A stretch of DNA of 64,000 bases, taken from positions 1 to 64,000 of the forward strand of contig JAQGDQ010000157.1 of NCBI GenBank assembly GCA_030141605.1, in the 5' to 3' direction. Position 1 is the stretch's first letter. Each line of letters begins with the position of its first letter. The notes beneath the pieces were generated by a model that did not search any database, was not told where the DNA came from, and was given only the letters and a program-made list of their open reading frames with translations. The translations under genes and the position numbers were made by a program. This document shows positions 26,519-38,100 of this stretch, in pieces. The stretch is from Tubiluchus corallicola. Lineage: Eukaryota > Animalia > Priapulida.

Positions 26519-27139
26519 AGGAAAACTGGACCCAATCCTAAACTGTAGGTCAAAACAATCTACTCTTTAAAATATTGAAAGGGAACATACTATTTTTAAA
26601 GAATGACTTACGTGAAAGAATTATTACCACACAAAAGTATTTTCGTGTTCCTGCAGCTAGTTCTTTGCTGTTACATGCATTTTGCCATTCGTTAGTTAGA
26701 TGGGCACTAGCACCTCCATCTTGGAAACACATTGCATGAAAAACAGTTGCTATATCTCTCAGTTAAGACCTATTCGTTTGTGACGTAATACACACGTTCG
26801 AGAGCTGATGCGGCAGTACAGCAGTAAATTTAAAATTTCAATTTTTATCTTAAATTTGCTTAGTTTTTGTATATTACACTGCATTTCTTACCATAGCATT
26901 GTTCTTCAATTTTCATTTTCGCAAACACGTTCACCACGCCCACGGAATGTTTGTGCAGTTGAAAATTGTGTTTGTTTGTGGCGACATCACTAATAGGGCT
27001 TGTTTGCCCATTAATTAATTAAGTTGTTAACCCATTATTTAATTATGAGAAATGCTTTGGCATTATGACAGGTGTTAAAATGTATACATTTTGCATGCTT
27101 CAAAATGGGACAGGATATGAAAAATCGTCCCGTCTTGCT
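26519..27139 (-). mobile_element. Kolobok-like family A, full-length copy
   Basis: AGGAAAACTGG ... GTCTTGCT|TTAA. Reverse complement of 20792-21411. Confidence 0.85.
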
Positions 27140-28266
27140 TTAACAACTAACCACAAATCCTGGAAATCATATTTGGTTGTCATACATTTGCAACAGGTAT
27201 CCTTAAACTACAGACTCGGAATAAAATACATTATCAGCTTTTAAGCATATCTAAATGACTTCATTGAAATGAATTAATTGACTGCTAAAGTTAACTAGAG
27301 TTAATGTTGTGATACTTTATCAGAAATAAAACAGCTAGAAACATAATATTCAAAATCCTTACCATTCTCGTCATCCTAAGAAGCAGAAAAAGTTAAAACA
27401 AATGAAACTTAATCACTTTATTATTGCAATGTGAACATAATGAAGTATGTGCAAGTTTTGTTCCAACTCCCAGTTTATGGATACAAAATCAGTAGTTAAT
27501 GAAAAATGCTCTTTTTCATTTTGAACACTTGTCCGATATCGTTAGCTGCCCAAAACGTTAAAGCTGTGTTTTATATATGTATACATTGCTACAGTTTTGT
27601 CGAAGTTCACTCATTTCTGAGTCATGCAAATCCATGATAACGCGATAACGTAATATGCACTGACTATGATGACGACAACGTTGATTACGTTGAGGTGGAC
27701 CCAAATGATAAACAATGATCACTTGCAGTGATGCAGTGTCCAACACAGTGTTTTGCTCACACAATTTGTCACAACATATCATCAAAAAGTATCACGACAA
27801 TTGAGTTATAATTATTATTATTATTAACATCATTTTATTTACATATATACTTTACATAAGAAATTCATAAAAAAGTGTTATCAGTCAAGATTATTTACAC
27901 GATTAGTAATAAAACAACTTAACGATAGTAAAAAGGATTAATGGGCCTAGTATTTCGGACAAAATATATAAGCAGTACAATTTCTTGCAAATTAACACGT
28001 TACAATGTAATCTAGAATTGACTGCAGCTGTGCTGTGTTCAAAAAATGAAAATCATTACATTCTAAGGATCCAATGCAGTCTCTAGCCATATTAACAATT
28101 ACTTGTTGGTTTTTCTATCAAAGCCTTGTTCTTCACTGATCTCCTTGCCAAAATATTATATCCATTTTCTAACTGATAACTACTACAGTTCAATATGCAA
28201 CATATATGTCGCAAATTAAAACACTTATAATTATATATATAATTATACTAACGATTTAAGACTTAC

Positions 28267-28338
28267 CAAGCTGGACCTGGCGCAATGAGCTGAATTTTCC
28301 TCAAAGCGTCCACATCTACACCAGCTTTTCTCACTCAT
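28267..28338 (-). CDS. Candidate orphan gene, first coding exon (MSEKSWCRCGRFEENSAHCARSSL)
   Basis: Acceptor attacag| before 28358, ATG at 28338 and donor ttg|gtaagt. Phase 0 joins the exon starting at 25441 in frame. Confidence 0.55.
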
Positions 28339-28829
28339 AATGTTGTAGTCGGTCAAATCTGTAATGGGTTCACAAACGTTACAATGACTGCACATATACA
28401 GCACTGTACAAATAATCAACTACTAACAGAAAATAAAATAAAATGCCATAAATATACTATATGAAAATAATATTAAATTTGGTTACAATTGATTTGGAAA
28501 CTCGCATTTATAAAGATCAACTTAATGAATTATAAAAAAATGTATAACTCAGAATCTTATTCAATGCTGGTTAACAGTGAATTATCTTTTGAATCATGAA
28601 AAGCTATCTTGAATTCATATTGTGCTAAATCGAAAGGCTAGTGTAGAAGTCAGTTAAGCCACCAATGGTCTCATCCCAAGTCTTTAATGAAAAGGCCACG
28701 GAAGGCGACGGTTAATGACCTTATCTTGTTAGAACTGCTGCATCGTTAAACTGTGCAATCCATACCTTCACGATCATGATACTGTCACGACAGGCCTAAT
28801 GAAAATTAACATATTTAATCATAATCACT

Positions 28830-29560
28830 GAATCATGAACGACGCATCAAAAGATAAGGAGATGATAATTCTGAGCATAACAATATATACCAAGAAATAC
28901 AATACTTAAACACCAACAAGGTTACTTTCAGTTATCACACAACTTTTGTTACAAATGGGAACACTTTGAAGATACCAATAATCTCAAAAACCTTTATATA
29001 AATGACCATTTATCAGTGAACAGAAAAGTTGACAATTTTACAAAAATTCTAGAAAAAGGACATGAAAAGTTATTTTACACAGAAATATACAATGATGACA
29101 GGAAAGGGGGGCGGGAAGAATAAGTTAAGGTTTTATAGAAACTTAAAAAGCAGCTATAGTTTAGATTCATACCTAGAAATCGTAAGGAACAAACAACACA
29201 GACGAAACATAACGAAATTCAGGATGAGTGATCATGAATTACAAATTGGAAAAGGCAGGTACACAAACCAATCAGAAAATGAAAGATTATGCATACTTTC
29301 TAAGAACAATGAAAGCAGCAAGAAGCAAAACACAATTGAAGATGAATTACATTTCACATATACTTCTTCAACCTATGAAGCAATAAGAGAAGAATATGAA
29401 GGCCAGCTCTACAATTTTACCTTTCTCCCTACTCTGGTTATTTAATTCTGAGAACAAAATTGACCTAAATACCTTTGGAAATTTTATCACTGAGTGTATA
29501 CTAGAAAGATTGTCTAAAATACAAATAATAGTGCAAAATAAATAATGTGGAAATGCTGGC
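28830..29560 (+). mobile_element. Decayed LINE ORF2 3' end (RTE-X-like)
   Basis: ORF 29062..29445: KLRFYRNLK...YL...TKFRMSDHELQIGKGRY...ERLC...IEDELHF, the typical C-terminal zinc-knuckle region. Confidence 0.8.
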
Positions 29561-29742
29561 TATATACAAAGATTCTCTAATTATGTTGTTTGCTGAATAT
29601 TATTATTATTGTTGTTGTTGTTATTGCATGAAATTGTGTTTTTACTACAGGTCAGATGGGTCTTTGCAAAACAATGTTCATTTAGTTCTCTCATTCTTTT
29701 TTTAAACAAAAAATATGCTCCACTTATATATTTAATTTTGAT

Positions 29743-29905
29743 GGCGCCGCTTAATAGACTCACTTTGGGACCGACATGTTTTGACCCAATTAACCGACTC
29801 AACCTATTAACCGATGGGTGTAGTATTACTGCTATAGAAGTACGAGTCGTCAGCTTACTATACACTGCAAAGGCTTTCAATCAATTTTAGAAACGAAGTA
29901 ATGCC
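29743..29905 (-). mobile_element. Terminal fragment of the pogo/Tigger-like element at 41190-42200
   Basis: ggcgccgcttaatagactcactttgggaccga...ttgacccaattaaccga is the reverse complement of about 42030-42196. Confidence 0.8.
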
Positions 29906-31891
29906 TTTTTAGTCAATTCGCTACCCTATCTCGTTGACATTTTTACATTTATTTGTAGAATAGTAATCTGTAGCTCAACCTGTTTAATTAATTTCTTTTT
30001 GTACGTGCCAATGTATGTAATGTTAATTGCATATTTGCGCAATAAATTAAATTGATTACCTCGTATGTCAGGACATTAATCTTTTGCACCAATTCAAGAT
30101 CGCTATCTCTAAAGTTGGAAAATCGAAGTGGTTACCAAAATTGTTTTAATGCAATAATTTTTGCAATTTGAAAAAAGTTCAAAAAACGGTGTTTAGGAAG
30201 CATGGGAAACCTTTTCTAGATAAGCACGCCAGCAAAGTGTAAAAAGCAAACTATACAAATCGTAGGGAACACTACTGCGCAGCAGTTCGCACAGTTAGTG
30301 TCGCCCTAGCGGCACAGTAGTACGGACAGTTGTCAGGTACGCTATAGCGCAAGCTGTGCGTACTGTAGGAGATGAATTGATGAGACTACCAAAGCAAGGC
30401 CGGTTAACAGGCGCTCATAAATTGCTCAGCAGTGAGTTGCGAAAACACAAATAAAAATATCTTTTTAAATGTTGCAAGGATGCAGCCAGGTAATTATAGC
30501 ACAGTTTTGTAACATTTGTAACAAGTTAAATATTTTGTACACTACGCAAAGACTGCAAGGCCTACATCTCTCTTTGGCGATTTATAGCAGCTGTTATATT
30601 TCTGAATATTATTTAAAGCAAGCATAAGGCATTAAGAATAATTAGTAGTTAAAATAAAAACTATTATAATCATATCTCATGAAAATTAATAGGCTTATTT
30701 ACAAAAGAAGTTAAGAAAGTTGATCATAAAGAAAGTTTGCAAATACCTGGCTCATGTAGTATTCCATTTCTGGAGAAATATTTTTTCCAAAAAACATTTC
30801 TATTTAATATGTTCTTGTCAGAAAATATAACTTGAAGAAATATTAGGCCTGACTTTCATGTGTAATACCTTTCATAGAAAAAAAATCGATTTTTTTCAGA
30901 AGAGCAATTAATTTTTCCAGAACAAAACTTAATCTAAGCATCTACATGTTTTGTTAATTCCAAGTTAAAAGGTGTTTAAAAAGCATATAATCGTACATTG
31001 GCCTTTGTTATGAGTTGGAGTTGGTTATAAAATCACGTTGAACAAACGGAGATGCATTTATGACATTACTCCTATCAGTATCAGTGATATTATCAGTTAT
31101 TATCAGTGAACAAAAAATAACAAAACGAAACATCAGAGCTGTCATTCTAAGCAGCCGGCATTACTTCCACCTCTATAACAACCAAAATCTGTAGGTCAAA
31201 ATCAAGTTACGGAATTCAGGTGAGAAGCCAACCTGGCGCATAAATTAGAATCGGCAGGCGTGTCATAACACTTATATATCATGTGTAGACGTCACTCATA
31301 TTTAGACTATTTTTTTAAGATTCAGTTAGGCTTACGTCAAAATAAGTGTTCATTAAATACAGTTTGTTTACGTGTAAAAAATGTACTTGTATAAGCGTAC
31401 TAATAAAACACCTGTGGCTAAATCCACTGACAAGTCTTGATAAATATTATTTAATGATGGGCTTAAATTAATTGATTTTATACAGGCCTAGGTGCTAAGG
31501 GCAATCATTTTATATAGTTAAATATATAGGCTCAGCATCATAGAATCTTTGTATGTAATAATGCATACATCATACATGTATGTGAGTCTGTGTGCATGGG
31601 TGTATCAAGACGTTACGAGCCCTAGGCTGGCAGTTCAGTCCTACTCATCTCTACTACTGTAATGATTATTTATATATGAAGCACCGTATGCAATTACTTG
31701 TTGTGTGCATGCATGTGTGTGCGCGGATTATTTATATACAAACCTACAATATAATATATGTGTAACTATATAGATTAATTGCAGTGCACGTAAATGGGTG
31801 CAATTTTTAATGTGCCAAATTCGCTACCTAAAATTGGAGTAAAACGACCAAGAAACAAATGGCAGAACCTTCAACAAAAAGAAAAGAAGGA

Positions 31892-31957
31892 TCTCTCTCT
31901 CTCTCTCTCTCTCCCTCCCTTTCACTGTCTCTCTTCGTCTTCCTCTCTTTCTCTCTA
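31892..31957. repeat. (CT)n / pyrimidine-rich microsatellite
   Basis: Directly visible. Confidence 0.85.
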
Positions 31958-34900
31958 AGAGAGGGAAAGAGAGAAAAATTAATAAATCAATAAAAAATGC
32001 GTTACTTTTTTACATAGTAGGCAGCCCATCATGCAGTCAGCTAGCCTCTTTCCTCAGGAAGAACAATAAAATTTTACTTACAAGAAAACTGAAGAAGTAT
32101 TTGCAAGTACATAACACAAACTTATTGCTACAATTTTTTCCTTTTCATTAAATGTTTTCAGTTTTTTTAAACTAAAAATTGCTTTTAATTGAGATATTCT
32201 TCTTTTATTAAAAACGCAAAAGTGATTTTGGCTTATCGAAATTGCGCGTATGCCAACATTATTGGTGAACTTAAGAATATTAATATTACAGTCACTGCGC
32301 CGCTCAAAATTTAGCCTGCATAGCCGGTAATCGCAAAAACGAAATACGTAACAATAGGCGAATTTCGTCACTTCCTCTTTTTACACTTTGCGGGAATAAG
32401 ACGACGACCGATCGACCACAGAGATTAGAAGTTTAGAACACAGTCAATGAGAATAGTGATTCATTAGTGAATATGTACATGCCGTATGGTACATGACCGT
32501 CAGCTCGTTCAATCATTCACATAATATTGAAAGAAGCATAACAACAATAATAATGAAAATAATAATAAGAAGTAGAACAATAACAATGTCTGAGCATTTT
32601 AATTCCGTTGTTGTCCAGTAGGATTATGATTGTGTTACTCAAAGCTTAAAGTATACAAGCGCTGATTATAACCAGACAACTGGTTTTATTGTTCTTACAA
32701 AAGTTATGAATGCAACCAAGATTGGTCAGAAATGGATGGGTAGGTTTCTTCAATACCAGCACACATCCACATGCAAGCTTACACTGCCCTGGAAGCCAGA
32801 TACGGGATGCACAGTGATCTTTCCGCTTGTAACCCTGTTTACACTACAAGTGGACTCATTTTTGCCAGTGTAAAACACGTTGTCAGGGCATCCCCCGTGC
32901 AATGATGAAAGCTGTGCTCAGCTAAGAAAGCACAAGTAGATGCAGGACGTACAGGTAGCACTTACGTTAGAGGGTGCAAAATAAATGTGGACTTCGCTAT
33001 ATGCAGATCTTCTGAGGCGACGTAAAATGCTACAAGATCACATAATCCAGTATGATTAGTTATTTTCATCTGTGACTGTTTGCATTAGATCCAAATCCAA
33101 AAAGCCCATGCCCAGTAGAGTAATAAGTGTAAACAGGCAGTTAGGGAGGCATTATTACAGCCTTGATAATGAGTCAGGTTCCAGTCTCAAGACAAACTCA
33201 TTGGATTCTGATTTCTGATTTGCAGTTTGTTTAATTATAATTACATGTATATGTGTATAGGAATTAACAGTTGCTATAATATCAAAATTATGATTATGTA
33301 CTAGTAGAGTTTTCTTTATTAAAGTTGTTCATTACACGGTACTGCATAAATGTATAAAGTCGTCAGCTTAAATAATGTAATAAACAATGTGATCACCAAA
33401 ATACAAAACCTTAGGCTGGAATAAAAAATGAGCCACTCAAGGGCTCAAAAATTTTCGTTGTGTAAAATCTGGATTGGTGCACATACAGTATAATTATAGC
33501 CACAGTGTGAATAATTGTCAAATTGTAAACATACGTGCATTTTAAGTTATGCACAAATACAGTCTTAGACATAGCAATAGGTAGATAGACAGAAGTCTTC
33601 TTTACCAGTAATACATATGACATGTAATATATGTCGTAATTATGTACACAGACATGAGAAATGGAATTCTACAACAAGAAAAACATCAGAATTAATGCAT
33701 ACACATGTAAACGCTGGTATTATAAAAGAACACTAAAATTTAAATTAATAAGTTAGTTATTGTCAAGTTAGCGTCCGAATGTTAAAACTTTACAAGCACA
33801 CGGCTTCTTTAACTCTTTTATACGCATTAAAATTCCAATACGATAATAGAGTCCATGACTCACTATACAAAAGACATAAGCAGAGATTGGCAAACATTTT
33901 GCAATTAGCTAATGTACCGCATCTACTGATACTTCATTGATTTTCAAGAAACCAATTAATAGAAGTTTGGATTCATTGGCCTTCACAAAAATTGTAAAAT
34001 CATCTTAAATCTTTCAGGTGCAGCCAACATCACAACTAATACACATATTATACAATAACTCTGTGTATTTACAGGCATTATTTTGAAATAAGTCACACAA
34101 CATGAAGCTACCTGGATAAAAATGAAGAGAAAACCGAATTGAATAAAATAATAGAAAGGTACATGTAACTCTGCTCAAATAATATCTGTGACCTGATCTG
34201 GCTTTGGGAACTAAAACATTCGTTATAAGTGAAACCAGTTTATGTGATTATTTCTACATGCATATAATAGCTTGTCTAGGATCTTAAAGAGCTGGCACAA
34301 GTTAATACGGAATTGGATTAAAACCAGATCTGAATTAGCCAATGTAATGTAACATTAGCAATCAAATTTTTCCACAAACAATAAAAATCAGCTCAACAGG
34401 CCACAGTACTAGTAAAGTCTTTTCTGGAGCAGATAGAAACACAGAGGGTCTGAGGTAATCAAGAGGAAGAGGACAGGATTGACCGGAAGCAGTTACTCCA
34501 AATAACTAGAGATACAAATAAGTGAAGAAGACAAAAACAACAATGATTGGATGACATAAGAGAATGGAGACAAAAAAGGCCCACTGCACAATGTACAGAA
34601 ATGATGGGGGAGAGGAATGCAAATGAGATTAGGTAAGACAACAAGACAAGATCAACTCAATACACAACAACAGAAAATGCTGCAAAATGGACTGAAGGGT
34701 TTTTAACCTGAAAAGTTTGCTAACATAAATACATGTGAAACAGCTAAATTGGAGTAAAATTAACATAATACACATTTTGTACAGTAAATACATAATATTT
34801 TAAGCTAATAATTTTGAGGCCTGTTAACCATAACAGCTAAGGTTGCTCTAAAATAATGCCACAAAACTTTACTCATGACTTGTTAGTTCCTATGGTTAAT

Positions 34901-35164
34901 GTTATGATACTCACAGAAACAGGTAAAATGCAATAAGTTAAATTTACATTTCAAAGATATAAATATAAGTTTATAATAACATCAAACCAATTACTGTACC
35001 AATATTGGTAAAATCAATGAAGCAAATGTATCTGAAAGCATAAAAGTGTTGCTCACGAACTTTAACTCGCTATCCAACCACACACCAGTGTTATATATAA
35101 TACATCAGGCAGTGTCTCAAAGAAAATCTGCAGAGTACAGGTTATACATTTAAATTATAACATC

Positions 35165-38100
35165 TTAAAATAAATCATCATCATCATCATCACTGCTGAA
35201 GTTGTACTTCACCTGCTGCTTAGCACGCCCTTTCCTCTCACGTGGTTCTACTGGAATCTCGCTAAATCCTGCACCTATACTATCGTCCTCATCGTCGTCA
35301 GAGTCACTAGCCTTTTTTTTCTTTTTCTGCGCCTTTGGCTTCTTTTTCAACACGAATTCATCCTCGCTTTCACTGTCTGCAGCAATAGCTGGCCGTTTTT
35401 TTACTTTCTTAACCTTTGAAGGTGCAGATTTTGTTGCTTTTGGAACAGGCTCGTCTTCATCGTCTGAAAACTGGAATTTATGTTTCTTAGTAGGTGCAGC
35501 TCTTGGTGGCTCATCATCTGAATCAATGATTTCCATATCAGAATCTACAGCCTTTGTCTTTTTTGGTTTGCTATCAGCAGAGACAGCTGAAGACTGCTTC
35601 TTGTCTTTCAATGCTTTTTTGCCATCATCAACTTTCTTTTTCTTTCCATCATGGTCAATCTTTGCTTTTATTACTTTTTTCTTCTGGTCTTTGGCTTTAG
35701 GAGAGTCAGAATATTCAAAAGATTTGGTGTAATTGTCCTGGACTTCACTATCATAACTTTCCAGGTTTTGTGCGGAACTTGTCTGCTTGCTATCAGGAAC
35801 GTTGCCACCTGCAGCGACCTGCTTCAGTTTAATGGATTTCTTTTGCGGAGATTTCTTTGGACTCCTAGATGTTTTGGGATGTGAAGGCATAAAATCTTCA
35901 TCACTTTCATCGGGTGCATAATCGCTCATTTCATCCCCAAAATCTGGACCTTGGTCATCAGAAGTCAAATCTGCCTTTTCTTCACTTTTTGCATCTTCGT
36001 CATCACTAAACGTATATTTAACAGTGGCAGCAGCCCTCCTAGAAGGTTTATCTCGTGGGATAAATGGAGTCTCATCATCAGACTTATCAGATTCTTCTTT
36101 CTTAGACTTCTTAATGGGCTTAAACAATAATTTTGTTTGTTTCATGCCATCTTTTGTCTTAGGTTTTGCACCAGGTTGCTTCTCATTGCTAAGACTCAGT
36201 CTTTCTGCAAGAGGTTTCGGTGCATCTTCTTCTTCGTCAAATATATCCATTTCACCATTCTCTTTTTTAACCTCTCTTCTTTCTTTAGCTTCTTTAGCCT
36301 TTTTTGCCTTTTCAACATTTTTCATATATTCCTCAATGTTAGGCTCAACACGTCTACCTATTGTCGACGGCTTTGTTTCTTCACGTGCAAATTTCTTTAC
36401 TTTAGCTACTCTACCCTTTCCAGTTTTTGTAGACTGAACTATACAGGACTGTTCTTCCTCCCTCTCATTTGCTTCCACTTTATCCAACTCTTCCGAAAAT
36501 TTATCCAAATCCTCTTTCCAAAGATCCTTCGGAGTTTTAGCTCGAAGCACATCTAACTCTACTGCTTTGTCAGCTTTTTTCTTTAAGAGCTCTTCTTTTT
36601 TCTCTTTTGTGAGATTCCACATTGGCATACCTACCAAATAATCATAATCAGGCCCATCTTTGGTGATGGCTTCTTCTGTGTCAGAGTCTTCTTGAGAATC
36701 TGGATTATCAGCTGCTTCTTTTTGTCGCTGTGCTGCCTTCCAGGCCTTCACCGGATCAGAATCATATCCACGATTAACAAGAACCTGAATTAAATCCTTC
36801 TTCTTCACATTCTCTACCACAACTTTTCTTTCAATCTTCTCTAAAATAAAACGTGCCTGGTTGTCAAGCCTTAATGACTCTGCAGTGAGACAGCCATCCA
36901 GGTGTTCTTTACGTATTCGATATCGATCAAGTCGCAATGTGTAGAACTCTTGTAAGATCTCTTGTGGTGATGAATATTTCTTAATGCAACCATTGTGATC
37001 AAAGAGAACCATGTTTCCTGTACTGAGTGTAGTTTGCAGTTTGAAAAACTTATGCAGTCCCTGTGCTTCTGCCTCCATTATCTTAGCTTCACTCATCTTA
37101 ATAACAAACCTAACAGTTGTGTCAGTGTGATACTCTTTGTAATCTAAGATAGTTGGCTGTACTTTGTCTGTTCCAAGTAGCATTGGTTCCAGGACGGACT
37201 CTTTGTAATTTTGAGTCCAAGTACGAACAGGTAATTCTGTTATCTCCACTGTGCAATTGTCGAGTACAGCTACTTCCCCAGAAACAACAAAACGGTCATC
37301 TGAAATTTGCTGGATGGTTCCGGTAAAATTTTTAAAAAAGGGCGTCATGAGCTCAGGTTCCTGGCCGGCAATCATTTTTCTGAGATTTCTAATAATCTGA
37401 CGTGGATCATAGTTTTGCACTTTACAACTCCAACCTGTACCTATACCTTCAGCACCATTCACTAGTAACATTGGAATGACTGGACAGTACCACTCAGGTT
37501 CTATTTTTTGATTATCGTCATACAAATGACGCAATCCAGGTTCATCAGACGCTACAAAGAGAAGTTTTGCCAGTGGACTCAACATTGTAAAAATGTAACG
37601 AGGACTGGCACAGTCCTTTCCGCCATGCAGTCTAGTACCAAACTGACCAATGGGCTGAAGAAGATTGACGTTATTGCTACCTATAAAATTCTGAGCCAAA
37701 TTGACGATGGTCATGTTCAGAGATTGCTCACCATGGTGATATGCTGAAAGTTCTGCAACTGAACCAGCCAACTGTGCTACTTTCACTTCTCGCTTGTCAT
37801 TTCTTTTCAGACAAGTGAAGAGGACTTTTCTTTGTCCTGGTTTCAGTCCATCAACTAGTGAAGGAATTGACCTTTCATTATCATAAATGCTAAACTGGAT
37901 CAACTCTTTATTAACAAATTCGCTGTATGTAATTGCTCTAGTGTCTTTACCATACAGGTAGACATCTGATAGACCCATTTCTCGTCTCTCTTTGCGATCT
38001 TGCAAACCATTTGTCAGCCATTCTTTCCTATCATCAGCTTTTTTCTTACCAAAAGCAAGTAGAACTGCTTGATCGTCATCAGGTCCAGAATACTTAAATT

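Noticed and set aside
32700-33030. Possible SINE body
   Set aside because: The GC-richer block has a SINE-like 3' end, but no clear A/B boxes and no second copy in the window.
34430-34640. RTE-like 3' remnant (LDDIREW) downstream of TOP2
   Set aside because: The motif is too short to support a call.
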